Translations under genes and position numbers: made by a program
Assembly: GCA_964016885.1 (NCBI GenBank)
Contig: OZ024747.1
Location: forward strand, 80,352,001 to 80,416,000
Direction of reading: 5' to 3'
From: Eledone cirrhosa
Lineage: Eukaryota
Length of the DNA stretch: 64,000 nt
Notes under the pieces: model-generated
Database searches by the model: none
Told to the model about the DNA's origin: nothing
Seen by the model: only the letters and a program-made list of their open reading frames with translations
Part shown: piece after piece, positions 30,179-44,947 of the stretch
Position numbering within the stretch: the first letter of the stretch is position 1
How the letters are laid out: each line of letters begins with the position of its first letter

Positions 30179-30364
30179 TGACTGTATGTGTAATTAATAC
30201 TCTACGTAAAGTAATATCTGGCAGTATCCGGTTTGACATATTCCAACTGTTCGAGCCACAAATCCTTTCTTGTGATATTCCTGGAATATCTTTTCTTCGT
30301 GAACAAATTTCGTGTTATATCGCATGAAGGAGAGATATATAGATAGTTAGATATAGAAAGAAAT

Positions 30365-30443
<79 letters not shown>

Positions 30444-30494
30444 ATGATAGTAAGAGAAATATGGGACAGAAAGAGAGAGATAAATATAGATAGA

Positions 30495-30531
<37 letters not shown>

Positions 30532-31413
30532 TCCATAAGAGTAAAAGAATGGAGAGAGAGAGAGAGAGAGTCCATGATAGTAAGAAAAAGTGGGGAGAGA
30601 GAGAGAGAGAGAGAAGGGAGAGAGAGAGAGAGAGTCCATGAGAGTAAGAGAAAGTATGTAGAGGGGGGGGGGATGAGAAGTTATAATATTATTTTCAAGA
30701 ATTACTCCGGAAGGTTTCAGCTGATTGCGTTTCCTTTGAATATAATATATTAATAGAATTAAGAAAATAAACCAACAAAGCAAAGATGTCAAACTGTTCA
30801 TGGTGTCGCGAGAAACGCTTGCCATTTGCTTCTATCACTGTAACTGTAATTATATCTTTTCTCTAGACAACAAAACTTAGTACAATGATACGATATGGAT
30901 TTTTTCTCGCCCTCTCTGAATTAATTAGATTTTATCTGGTGTGTATTAATTTCCTGTGTCACAAATTGTAGTAATTCTGTTTATTTGCTTCGATATAGGA
31001 ATTATATTTGCTTTCATAATGATTTCTTACAGAGGCAGTAGGCCTGAAAGAATTCTTTCATTCATGAAAGCGTGAAAATGAAATTGTAGCGTTCATGCCT
31101 TTCTGAAAGAGCAACTTTTACTTGGTTCGTCAGAAATTCACTAACAGACACATACACACACACAAAGAAGCGCACGCACTCACAGAGGAACGCACGCACT
31201 CCCACATACACACAGGAACGCACGCACTCGCACATACATAGTGATATCAATAAATATTTCGAATGTATGACGAGAATAGTTCTTTGAGCAAATATGCCAT
31301 AAAAGGAAATCTCTACAGTAAAATTAACATACATATTTTATAAATGGACTTGATTCTATGTTTCTCGGGTAAATTTGCATTTAAAATTGACACACACACA
31401 CACACACACACAC

Positions 31414-31482
<69 letters not shown>

Positions 31483-31576
31483 CCCTTCATTAGCAGATGA
31501 AGTATGCGGCCGCTACTGGTTTTCACCAACACCGGCGTTCTCACAATTGATAAAATTGCCAGAATCTCCCCGTCAC

Positions 31577-31636
<60 letters not shown>

Positions 31637-32756
31637 TCGTCCTCCCCCTCTCAATATATATATATAACTCCGAAATTTCCGCAATTATTATCAATTATTA
31701 AGTATCAAATATCAAAGTAATTTTACTAAAAATAAACAATGGAATTTCTGTTTAAAACTTTTTTTTTTCATACTTATGATGCAAGAGAATCTAGTGTAAA
31801 AATCGGGATTTCTTGTAATAATTTAATTACAGAAGTCACGTGATTTCATTCTATGAATTTCTAAAGATATTTTGTTCTTTTTGTTCGATTTGCTTTGTAT
31901 TATTGGCGTTCAGTCTATTTTCTCTCTCATTAAGGTTTGGTATTATTGGTTCTTGGTTTGTGTAACCAGATAATGTAGTGCATCTATTTAAGGCTTGATA
32001 GTTCATACTAACGGAAGTAAGCAGTTCATTCTTGCCAAGAAGCGAAAGGGTCATTCACTTTCTGGTGGAAATCATAAATTGAGAGGTTTTAAAAGAAACT
32101 GAACAGGAAAAATAAGTATTAACTGCTATATTTAGAGTAGTCGAGAAAATTCCAGAAAGAAGTTCCCTAAGGATAACACAATCTGTGTCCGGTACTAAGA
32201 AGCAAACCAGTTTTCAACATAAAAGAAAGCTTAGAAAGAAACATTAGTGGCTTGATCAAAGCCATCATGTCCTCTTCGAATCATTTCAATACGATCAACG
32301 AAAGAAATGCATCCTAAAGTATTAAATTTAACTTTGAAGTAGAATGTGTGCTTGAAATATTCTTATATGAAAAAAAACCCATTGAAGTCAGTATTTTGTT
32401 TCGCAAACTAATTGATCTTACGTTTGAAGTGAGGTTTTGGACGATTTGTGACGAATTTTGACAATTTTAGATATCTGAGAAGTTAAATATCACATTCATA
32501 CAAGACTTCCTGGAACAACAAGAATAAACTCGGGGTAATTTTTCAGTTGAAACGTTGGAGCACATTCTTTTAAATAGAAATTAATGGCATAATATTATAA
32601 GAAAGAATTTTAGCTAGTGAATCTTGTTCATAATCTTTATGTAACTTAGTATTGCAATTAATAATCATACAATCACACACTAGTATAGTTACCTGATTTT
32701 TCCGCTTTGCGACAGTCACTGGATTGCAGCATTGCTGAGGTATACACAAACATATG

Positions 32757-32942
32757 GGTGCGTGGTTCGATGGTGTAGTGGTTCCATATCTTCTTAACAA
32801 ACAAGGTCGTGAGTTCGAAAATCACAGGAACCTCAGTTAATATCTATCTCTTGTTGGAGTTATGAAGGGCATCCAGCCGTAGACACCTGACCCAACTTGC
32901 CTCATGTTAGCGTGGAAAGTGAACGTAAAACGATGATGTGAA
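32757..32942 (+). mobile_element. Second tRNA-head SINE family with (GAT)n tail; related copy at 58935-59110 on minus
   Basis: ggtgtagtggtt A box, gagttcgaaaatc B box, gaagggcatccagccgta core, gaacgtaaaacgatgatg tail. Confidence 0.65.
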
Positions 32943-35416
32943 ACAAGTATATGTATATACATATACTTGTTTCAACTATTGCCCTCCCCCATGCCTGTCC
33001 ATGTGGGATTAGAGCTTTCAAGTGATGTTTAGTCGAGCTATTGATTCACGTATTTTAGCTGGTATTTATTCACCAAGAATGAACATCAAAGGTCACATGG
33101 TCGTACAGGAATGTAACCGAAACTACATCAAACATGTATTTTTTTGTTGATAAAGCAATTCTATATACCTTTCCCAAAGCATTTATACAGAAATGTTAGG
33201 ATTTACCATAGCATGCCTCGTAAAGCGTTGAATCTGTTTGACAGCTATTTGACTTCGTGATGTAACTTCTTTCTCTACACGAATGTCCCTCTACTTCAGA
33301 ACTCAATTCTTAAAGCAGGGATAATCACACTTACTAGAAGGACCTAGCAAGTGACTATATGCAACATCTCTCATTGCCATATTTCAAATAAGATACATTA
33401 CCTGGGTGTTTCAAATGATTTTGATTTAGTATTATAAATATCTTTCTCGTTATCAAGTTGGTGATTAGAACATAACTTAGAGGATTTTGTATTAAATTAT
33501 GATGGGAAGGGTCAGGTTGTCCTAATATTGCCAGGAAAATATAGTAAAACAGACTCACTGTTTGGTTTGGTTTTCGCTTCAGTATATGTTTATGTTTCTA
33601 TAAATAATTTAGCTGGCAATCAATATTTATCATCATTGATTGACCAACAGTTAGAAATATAAATATAAATGTAGTTTTTCAAAGTTCTTTCGTCTCACAT
33701 ACCCGTGACATCTTTTCTATGATGGGAAGCCTTTAGATAAATATAAACACTTTAAAATAAACAACATCGTATTGTAGAATATGGGACGGCTTCAGGCGGT
33801 TTGGTATCAAATGTGTTGAAGATAGATATACTAAATCATTCTGCTGCGGAATCCTTTCTGTCTTTTGGTATTACTTGTATTCATTTCAATTACAATCCAT
33901 GGAGTGTACAGATAGCTCTATTGATATTCAAAGAGTTGACTTTGTTGATTTTTATTAAAATCTTTGCTCTATCCTTCGTATGTCAAAGAAGCAACATGTC
34001 GCCCCTACTTTGAACCTAGCTCAACAATTTATTCCTTATTTTGTTTCGAATATTCTTTACTCATTAAAAATGAAGAAATCTTTTTATTTAAATAAAACTC
34101 GATGACGTCGCTGCTTATTATTTTATTTGTTTAATTCTTTTACTAGCCAGATGGCTAATTAAGCTTGCAGACCTATGGCGCAGAATCTGAGACGTTGTTG
34201 AAGATTAATATAGCTTGAATCTTTCGAAAGAAATTTCAAGATCAGAGGCTGTTGAAATGACAGGAAAATACTTGAATATAAATAGTTAAGAACATACACA
34301 GAAAATATGATAAAGAAATAAGAATTATAGTCAATTTAGGACAACATTATAAAAGTTATAAAGAAAAAAGTTGAAAATTGAAATTCTCACACCACTATCT
34401 GCCTTATAGGTTTATTTTAATGTGATACCTCAGACCGACAACCTGTTCTTAGATGTGTGCAGAAAATATTTAATTCTTTCACATTTCACGGGAGTGTGTT
34501 GAGAATAATTCTTTTCTTTTTTATGTGTATGGATACTCTTATTGTATTTTTTGATTCTTCATATACGCCGATAACAACAGTTGAAAACAATTTTTTTTCT
34601 CTCAGAGCAGATAATAAATTCAAACTAAATATTATATTCCACATTTGCTTAATTTCGCCCCCTCTCTTCCTCTTGATATTATTATTAAGAGGGCTGTGGA
34701 TCGGAAAATGATTTACAGTATTTGTTCCGCCTTTTTACATTCTAATTTCACCTTCTACCGAGCTCAACTACGTTCTTTATCATTCCTGGCAGATGGAATA
34801 TAGTACCAGTTACATACTGGCGCCATTTAAAACAGCCTCCTCTCACATTACTGGCCATACGTCTCATTTCAAACACACAGTTATTGATATTAGCTTTGTG
34901 GGTAGCAGAATCGTTAGGGCGTAGGGTATATGCTTTGTGGTATTTGATTAGGTCATTCAATGTTTTTAGTTTAAATCTCACCAAGGAGGGCTTCGCCTTT
35001 CGTTCTTTTGAGGTCATTAAAATAAAGCAATAATCGATTTAATGGAATAGCCCTCCAATGTAATTTGTGTTCCTGTACTTATATTAGAAATAGTTATTGT
35101 TGTTAATGTTTTGTCGGGTGTTCCCAACGCCTCGTTTTAAAAACATAAGAATACAATACATCTGCAAGAATGATTAGATAAATGCCACTACATATAAGAT
35201 CGAAGGATCGGTTGTAACCTTTGAAGGTGTCACAAATATTAGCAAAGCAAACATCCATTTGTGAACAGACAGCATGGACAAAAGGCGGAGCTGGGAGAGT
35301 TTTTTAAAACTCTAATCATCCCTTAAATCGGTTTAATGTTACAATCTCATTCAGATAGAATGTTCAAAATCTAATTTTAAGGATGCCTGGCTTTCATTAT
35401 ATTATCTGAAACGTTT

Positions 35417-35609
35417 AGGGCGGTGAATTGGCAGTATCGGTAGAGGGTCGGACGCCATGTTTTGACGCATAGAGTTACGGCCCTTGCAATTCTGAGTTCA
35501 AATCCCACCGAAGTTAACTTTGCCTTTCATCCTTACGGGGTCGATAAAATAAAGTACCAGTAATGTACTGGGTAATTGCTGGCCTTGTGCCTAAAGTGGA
35601 AACAATTAT
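35417..35609 (+). mobile_element. tRNA-derived SINE, full length with TSD
   Basis: Family match; TSD attatctgaaacgt at 35401 and 35610. Confidence 0.92.
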
Positions 35610-36133
35610 ATTATCTGAAACGTGATTATATCCAGGAGATTCCACCATAATAATACGTCAAATGCGTTTGTATATATATATGTATACATCTTTAAAGTTT
35701 ACACACACATCCACACAATACATTTCCTATATCAGATATGTTGCTATAAGAAGGTTCTAACCTTACATTTGTCCCTGTAAATAGTTATTTCTTTAACTTT
35801 ACTCATACATTTATTTCTGTTTGTCGTTTCTAAATACTTGAATGTGAATTATATCCTTGTAATAAATTAATAAAATATAATATTAAATCTTTAAACACTT
35901 ACACTTCAGTAATAAACATAAATTACAAATTATAATAATTCATCGAAACGCAAATTTCCGTTTGTATGATCGATAACCACTAAATAGTGAGAAACGATCG
36001 TCGATTATTTCTCTTTGTTTTTGCTGAAGCTAGGTATGTGACTCTAGTCACTAACTTAAATTCATAGCGAAAGGCCTTCAAAATATTCTAAATAAACATA
36101 GAGTTTATTATTAAATATACAATACTTACATAT

Positions 36134-36199
<66 letters not shown>

Positions 36200-36247
36200 C
36201 AATCAAATATGTAAAATTTGGCTTCGTTTATTATAAATTATAGATAT

Positions 36248-36302
36248 ACTGCTATATATATTTCGGTGACAGCCATCATTGGCTGTGACCTCTTCAGGCA
36301 GT
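36248..36302 (-). ncRNA. Minimal type-I hammerhead ribozyme (third family), solo copy
   Basis: Minus strand: actgc CTGAAGA ggtcacagcc-aatgat-ggctgtcacc GAAA tatata TA^ gcagt. Core and stems are identical to 25523-25577 while the loop and flanks diverge. Confidence 0.85.
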
Positions 36303-36553
36303 CCGAATTGGTGTGGGAAAGACAGGTACACATGTTGTTGAAGTGTGTTTTACTCCGTCAATACATCGATATGTCCAGCTCCTGGTTGTGTTGTTATTCC
36401 TCTGAGGAACTGGAATCATATGTGTTAGAACGGAACGAATTTCGGCGTCATATATATATATATATAATTCAATTTTAGGTAAACAGACGTAAAGCACTCT
36501 ACGATTTGTATTCCTTAGAATGTTATCGATAAAGTATCAACCGGTTGATACCA

Positions 36554-36609
<56 letters not shown>

Positions 36610-36648
36610 ACACACACACACACAGACACACACACAGACACACACACA

Positions 36649-36767
<119 letters not shown>

Positions 36768-37744
36768 CGCATTAAGTAAATCTACCCGTGGAAAATACTT
36801 CTTTATATCACTAGGCGTATATTTCTGAATGCTGGTAACTATATTAAAGTGACTCTGTGTATATGATATGTTCTTCCTTGGGAAGGAATTCATTGTATTA
36901 AATTAGGTGTGTCAGATGTCAATAAAGCATGTCACCAGAAACTGACTGACTCTTTTTGGCCAAGTGTAGTGTGCTGTCTTTCAGTGTTATTGTTGTTTAG
37001 CTCCAGTTCAGCCATAACTGAGCAAACCTATGATCGAATGCAACCAATCCAGTGTCTTACCGTCCTTTTCTTTGACACTGAACATCTATATGATCAAACT
37101 TAAACTTTCCTTCCAAGACATATCATTTGAGGAAGATCTGACTGATCCAGTGGTAGCTGCCCCGTTGTTTGATTGTAATTCAATTTTGGTTACTTTGATA
37201 CTTAATGTACCTTTGTTACGTGTCGTAAATGGCGATTTCTGAGGCGCGCTGTAAGAACGTATTTTGGTGGGATATGGTTGGTCTAAAACATGGCGTCTTT
37301 TTGTACTTTGGTGACCCATGCTTCGAGATAATATGTCTGTTAATTTGTGAAGCGGTGTCAATTGATAATATTTTGTATCCTATGGTATAAAACATAGTTG
37401 ATGTCATGTAAAACTGATATATAGTATGATAGGAAACATCACTTTCAGTCAACCAACATCCATCTAATGAACATTTTGCAGCATTTGCTTGTTTTTATTT
37501 CCCCCCAGAACAATGAAACTCCTGTTATCAGTACCAATAAACAAATAAACAACATAAAAGATAGTAAGAAAATAAACTAGAAGAGCTAGAAGATTATTCA
37601 GAATTTATTTTGTGTTTACTTTGATATTTTATTTTAACTTATTCTAAGATAAAATTGGAGAAAGTTAAATGCCATTATGAAATTACTCGCAATGAATTAT
37701 AAAAGGGGAGAAACAAAACATTGGCTTGGCAGACAAACAAACTA

Positions 37745-37746
37745 GT

Positions 37747-37837
<91 letters not shown>

Positions 37838-37868
37838 GCCACCACCACCACCACCACCACCACCACCG

Positions 37869-37961
<93 letters not shown>

Positions 37962-37962
37962 G
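37745..37962. repeat. Compound trinucleotide repeat (TAC/TGC/CAC)
   Basis: Directly visible. Confidence 0.95.
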
Positions 37963-38560
37963 TAAAAGTGAAAAACATAAATAATAATAATAATGGTGGT
38001 GACGATCATGATAATGATACTAGTTTTTTATTGCCACAAGGGCGACGGATGACGAGAAAATTGTAATAATACTAATAATAACATTAACATTGAGTAATAA
38101 TAATAATAATAATAACAACAATAACAACAACAACAATAACAACCAGAAGAATAATGTTAATATGAACAAGAAATCATATCAACAAACAAAAGAAAACAGA
38201 AATGGTATTTCTGGTTATAGGTCCAAAAGAATTATTGGAAAATATCAAAATCAGATTGGACTATTCAGAATTGAATTTAGAACTAATCTTTGCTGGAATC
38301 AATAGGGAAGAAAATTACCTAAAATAATTTTCACAAGAAAAAAAAACAAAACAAAATCAGAGACAGACACACCAACACTTCGCCCTCATCCACTAGAAAA
38401 ACAAATAAAGATATGAAATAAAATGAAATTATGACAAAGACAAACAGGCCAAAACAAAGAAAGTAAAAATTGTGAAATGAAAACAAGAAATAGTAATATT
38501 AAGAATGAGGTGAACACAAGAACTATATTAACAATATCAATATCACTAACGACATTAGCA

Positions 38561-40780
38561 ATTTCACTAGCAACAATACCACCAGCGCCGCCATTACTGT
38601 AATTTCAGTAGCAACAATACCACCAGCGCCGCCATTACTGTAATTTCACTAGCAACAATACCACCAGCGCCGCCATTACTGTAATTTCACTAGCAACAAT
38701 ACCACCAGCACCGCCATTACTGTAATTTCACTAGCAACAATACCACCAACGCCGCCATTACTGTAATTTCACTAGCAACAATACCACCAACGCCGCCATT
38801 ACTGTAATTTCACTAGCAACAATACCACCAACGCCACCATCATTGACATTTCACTAGCAACAACACCACCAACGCCGCCATTATTGACATTTCACTAGCA
38901 ACAATACCACCAACGCCGCCATTACTGTAATTTCACTAGCAACAATACCACCAACGCCGCCATTACTGTAATTTCACTAGCAACAATACCACCAACGCCG
39001 CCATTACTGTAATTTCACTAGCAACAATACCACCAACGCCGCCATTACTGTAATTTCACTAGCAACAATACCACCAAATCCGCCATCATTGACATTTCAC
39101 TAGCAACAATACCACCAACGCCGCCATCACTGACATTTCACTAGCAACAATACCACCAACGCCGCCATCACTGACATTTCACTAGCAACAATACCACCAA
39201 CGCCGCCATCACTGACATTTCACTAGCAACAATACCACCAAATCCGCCATTATTGACATTTCACTAGCAACAATACCACCAACGCCGCCATCATTGACAT
39301 TTCACTAGCAACAATACCACCAACGCCGCCATCACTGACATTTCACTAGCAACAATACCACCAACGCCGCCATCACTGACATTTCACTAGCAACAATACC
39401 ACCAACGCCGCCATCACTGACATTTCACTAGCAACAATACCACCAAATCCGCCATCATTGACATTTCACTAGCAACAATACCACCAAAGCCGCCATCATT
39501 GACATTTCACGAGCAACAATACCACTAGCGCCGCCATTACTGTAATTTCACTAGCAACAATACCACCAACGCCGCCATCATTGACATTTCACTAGCAACA
39601 ATACCACCAACGCCGCCATCACTGACATTTCACTAGCAACAATACCACCAAATCCGCCATCATTGACATTTCACTAGCAACAATACCACCAAAGCCGCCA
39701 TCATTGACATTTCACGAGCAACAATACCACTAGCGCCGCCATTACTGTAATTTAACTAGCAACAATACCACCAACGCCGCCATCATTGACATTTCACTAG
39801 CAACAATACCACCAACGCCGCCATTACTGTAATTTCACTAGCAACAATACCACCAACGCCGCCATTACTGTAATTTCACTAGCAACAATACCACCAACGC
39901 CGCCATTACTGTAATTTCACTAGCAACAATACCACCAACGCCGCCATCATTGACATTTCACTAGCAACAATACCACCAACGCCGCCATTACTGTAATTTC
40001 ACTAGCAACAATACCACCAGCGCCGCCATTACTGTAATTTCAGTAGCAACAATACCACCAACGCCGCCATTACTGTAATTTCACTAGCAACAATACCACC
40101 AACGCCGCCATCATTGACATTTCACTAGCAACAATACCACCAACGCCGCCATTACTGTAATTTCACTAGCAACAATACCACCAGCGCCGCCATTACTGTA
40201 ATTTCAGTAGCAACAATACCACCAGCGCCGCCATTACTGTAATTTCAGTAGCAACAATACCACCAGCGCCGCCATTACTGTAATTTCACTAGCAACAATA
40301 CCACCAGCGCCGCCATTACTGTAATTTCAGTAGCAACAATACCACCAGCGCCGCCATTACTGTAATTTCAGTAGCAACAATACCACCAGCGCCGCCATTA
40401 CTGTAATTTCAGTAGCAACAATACCACCAGCGCCGCCATTACTGTAATTTCAGTAGCAACAATACCACCAGCGCCACCATTACTGTAATTTCACTAGCAA
40501 CAATACCACCAACGCCGCCATTACTGTAATTTCACTAGCAACAATACCACCAGCGCCGCCATTACTGTAATTTCAGTAGCAACAATACCACCAGCGCCGC
40601 CATTACTGTAATTTCACTAGCAACAATACCACCAGCGCCGCCATTACTGTAATTTCAGTAGCAACAATACCACCAGCGCCGCCATTACTGTAATTTCAGT
40701 AGCAACAATACCACCAGCGCCGCCATTACTGTAATTTCAGTAGCAACACTACCACCAACGCCGCCATCACTGACATTTAA
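38561..40780. repeat. 41-bp minisatellite, about 54 units
   Basis: Unit atttcactagcaacaataccaccaacgccgccattactgta; unit starts at 38561 and 38602. Confidence 0.95.
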
Positions 40781-40885
40781 CTATCGTTATCAACATAAAC
40801 TACAACCACAAACATCCTCAGCATCATGACTACTACTGCTGGTGCTGCTGCTACCACCACCACCGCCACTACAACAACAACAACA

Positions 40886-40950
<65 letters not shown>

Positions 40951-41709
40951 CGCCACACCACCACCACCACCACCAAATGAATGGAATTACTGTTAATTGA
41001 AATATTAAACATATATAAGCAAATAAAAACAGTACTCACTACATATGATAATGTCAGTTGTATTACTAAATCTTGCCAAATACCAGATTAATTTCAGTAT
41101 TATTTAAAACCGTAGGCAGTGAGGTGTCTTTCAATAGAAATATACAAATGAAAAAGATAGCCGCGTGGCATTCAAAATTACTTTGTAATAATATCTAGAT
41201 GTAATGTTGTTACTTCATAAACGTAGGATTTGTTAATATAAATTTGCATTGACTAACCATTTCTACTCTACTTGAACCAAAGTATATTGCATTTGAATAA
41301 TAATATTTGCATATTATTTGAGTAATTATTATTTCACAAATTAAAATGGCCTTGGAAATAAGTCCTACTTGTAGTACTTGCGGTACAATCAGGTACAAAA
41401 AAAAAACAGTAAAGGCGTCCAAAGTTAAGACATGGGAGGATATTGGGGTTAAGCTGTAATCCGACTTGAGATCGGCACAGGCAATACTAGACTGCGTGCG
41501 GGGGATGTAAGGGAGTTAACTGCACACAATCTACTATTGCCTGTGTGAAGTGACCGAGTTTCTGAGCATGCGCGTTCGTACGGTTGTCCTTCCTGTTCCT
41601 ATAACCATACACATCCCGAGCTGAAGATCCGCGAAGGTGAAACAATTGTTCTCGGTATGGTGAACTAACTGTTGTGTAACCACTTCTCTCTCTCTCTCTA
41701 TATATATAT

Positions 41710-41983
41710 ATAAAGAAAAAAAGATGAAATCGAAAATGCAACTGGAGTCTTATTTTAAAAAAAATATATATATATTTATTTGGTTCCTTTACCGATTTCG
41801 CAGTTCTTCTGCTTTTCAAAAGTAGAGTTGAGATGAATTGCGAAACCGGTAAAGGAACCAAATAAATATATATATTTTTTTAAAAGTAAGACTCCAGTTG
41901 CATTTTCGATTTCATCTTTTTTTCTTTATACTTTCACTCGTGTAGGACACCGGTTATTTTTCATTTTGTAAAAAAAACCTCAC

Positions 41984-41990
<7 letters not shown>
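41710..41990. mobile_element. Palindromic remnant of the Penelope pseudo-LTR found at 54370-54658
   Basis: Near-identical to 54470-54658; inverted arms ~41710-41805 and ~41838-41930; flanked by (TA)n. Confidence 0.85.
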
Positions 41991-42037
<47 letters not shown>

Positions 42038-42546
42038 CGAAGGAAGTGTGGTAAGGAACCAGGTTGACCATAACGCATCAGAGAACTCGATACTTAGGGT
42101 TGTAGAGTGGGTATTCGGACACTACTGGTTTAATTCGGATCTAGCTGTCGAAACGGCTGGGTCCTGACTCTTTTCCTATTATCCACTCTATTACCCTAAG
42201 TATCGAGTACTCTGGTGCGTTATGGTCCACCTGGTTCCTTACCACGCTTTATTTGTTATCTCCTTATAATATATAACCAGCAATTTCTCTGTCTGTCTGT
42301 CCGACAGTGGAAACACGTGCGCGCGTGGTTGCTATCTCTCTCTCTCTCTCTCCAGCTATCCCTCTCTTTTAGTCTGTCTGTTTTTCTCACTCTCACTCTT
42401 TCTCTTTGTAACACACTAACATTCCTTACCTCTATCGGTGTGACGAATGGGGAGATGGAGGAGGAGGTGGAGGAGAGAGTCACTTCGTCACTTCACCTCT
42501 GCCTTTCTTTCTCTCCCCTCTCACTCCCTCATTACGTACAGGCATT

Positions 42547-42740
42547 AGGGCGGTGGATTGGCAGAATCTGTAGAGAGTCGGACACCATGCTTCATAGCAT
42601 GGAGTTACGTCCCTTTACGGTCTGAGTTCAAATACCGCCGAGGTTAACTTTGCCTTTCATCCTCACGGGGTCGATAAAATAAAGTACCAGTAATGTACTG
42701 GGTAATTGCTGGCCTTGTGCCAAAAGTAGAAACAATTATT
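42547..42740 (+). mobile_element. tRNA-derived SINE, full length
   Basis: Family match. Confidence 0.9.
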
Positions 42741-42852
42741 AGAAACATTGCTTCATTTTTACATATCTAAGCATTAGTAAAATAACTAATAATTTCAAAA
42801 GTAATTTTTCAATTCCAATTGTTATGAACAGCAAAAATAATAATTTTGTTCT

Positions 42853-43027
42853 AAGAAATATATATACATTTCTGTGTGTGTAATATATATATATATATAC
42901 ACACACAGAAATATATATACATTTCTGTGTGTAATATATATATATACTCACAGAAATATATATACATTTCTGTGTGTGTAATATATATATATATACACAC
43001 AGAAATATATATACATTTCTGTGTGTG

Positions 43028-43078
<51 letters not shown>

Positions 43079-43135
43079 GAAATATATATACATTTCTGTG
43101 TGTGTAATATATATATATATATATATATATATACA
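42853..43135. repeat. Tandem array of hairpin units separated by (TA)n
   Basis: cacacagaaat-atatatac-atttctgtgtg repeated about 5 times. Confidence 0.9.
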
Positions 43136-43721
43136 CTATATTCATTCAGGAATACTGATATTTACAATATAGTGGCTGGTTTTATAAATACTAATACCTC
43201 TACATTAAAACATAGGGTTTTTACGCCTCGCCTATGTCTGGATATTTTTAAATTTTTTCTCTCTCTATATTTTTTCTCTCTCTATATTTTTTCTCTCTCT
43301 CTATATTTTTTCTCTCTATATATAACAGCTGGTTTCTCTCCATATATCTCCCTTACATTAATACTAGAGCTAAATAAATAAATAAATAAATGTATTATTG
43401 ATACGTTTACTCAACAGACGTCCCACTACCTAGTTTTCTATATATATGTATCTATCTCTATTTCCTCTCTCTCTCTCTATATATATATCTTTCTGTTTCT
43501 TTACATGAAGTTCTTCTCTTTATCTATCTTTCCATCTCTCTATTTTGTTCCATGCATTTCTTCTTTTTCTTCTTTTTCTTCGTTTTCTGTCTTTCTTTCC
43601 TTTTTTCTCTCTTTCTTTCTCTCTGTGTACAATTTTTTCACTACCAAATCAACCTTTTCAAATACAAGTCGATGTTGTTACGGTATGTCGAATCTATTTA
43701 TCTATAAAACTGTTTATATTG

Positions 43722-43787
43722 TATTTTGTCTGAGGAAGGCATAGCATATTGTTAATATGATATCCCTGAAATATATATAATGAAATA
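43722..43787 (+). ncRNA. Minimal type-I hammerhead ribozyme (fourth family)
   Basis: tattttgt CTGAGGA aggcatagcatatt-gtt-aatatgatatccct GAAA tatata TA^ atgaaata. Downstream 43790-43915 is homologous to 12240-12395 (minus, 3' half only). Confidence 0.75.
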
Positions 43788-43916
43788 GATATGGTTTTAT
43801 AAATATAGTTTCCATTTATTTAATATTGTAAATATACTCCAAATATTTGTCGAGTGCTTTTATATCAGTTATAAATATTTACTAGTTGTAACCCAACAAT
43901 TTAAATATAACTTTCC

Positions 43917-43959
<43 letters not shown>

Positions 43960-43961
43960 GA

Positions 43962-44508
43962 AATATATGGGCATTTCTCTGTTTGTCTGTCTGTCTGTCT
44001 GTCCTTCAATAAAACTCAAATGTAGGTGCTACAGAAATATTACCTTCCCCTTCCTTTCTCCACTTTGGTACTACCAAGAGAAACACTGTCGCTATAGAAA
44101 CATTACCTTCCCCTCTCCACTGACTTTGGTCACCGAGGCCGAGGGAATCGCTGGTTGCTATAGAGACACCTTGCACAAGCCAGAAGTAACCAGTTCGAGG
44201 CGGTTCTGACTTGACACCATGCCAAAGACCATTTGAAGATATATTTCCATCGTTATATCATAACGTCTATGTATCATAACGTTTATATTTCCGTCACTAA
44301 TCTCTTTTTCTCCTTTTTTGTTTTAACATATATTTATTTCAAAGATTTCACCGTATAGATAACATATATATTTATACATGCATAAAAGACACACCGAGAG
44401 ACGGTGAACATGTAGTGCCGAAAACATTTCTCATCCAAATCTCAACAATATCAGTATATACACTAGATTTGCTAGCAGAAAACCGCCCACCGGGTGGTTT
44501 TCTGCTAG
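43962..44508 (+). mobile_element. Probable non-autonomous Helitron-like element
   Basis: (ctgt)n near the 5' end; terminal hairpin ctagcagaaaacc..ggttttctgctag ending in CTAG. Confidence 0.5.
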
Positions 44509-44885
44509 TCTATATATCTAAAACAGTGAATTCTGTCTGCCTGTCTGACTCCCTAAAATTCGAGAAGCACCCAACTGATTGTTTTCAAACTTTACACATG
44601 TAATACTTATGGTCCTGTGAGTGTTTTGAGAAAAAAAATTTCAAATTTTCAATGCCCTAGGGACCGCATTAGGCGATTAGCGATCTCTCTCTCTATAATT
44701 ATTTATTCTGTCTCTTTTTTAAATAGATACATAGCTACAACGTCGCGCCCTTATAATATCTGTCTGTTTGTCTGGCTGTCTGCAGTACGTCACTTACTAC
44801 AATTCGCTCTGCGTCCAGAACGCGCCCTTATAATATCTGTCTGTATGTCTGGCTGTCTGCATTACGTCACTTCCCCAAGGATGTC

Positions 44886-44947
<62 letters not shown>

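Noticed and set aside
38561-40780. Mucin-like exon or CRISPR array
   Set aside because: The 41-bp period breaks frame and contains stops; no unique spacers; eukaryotic context.
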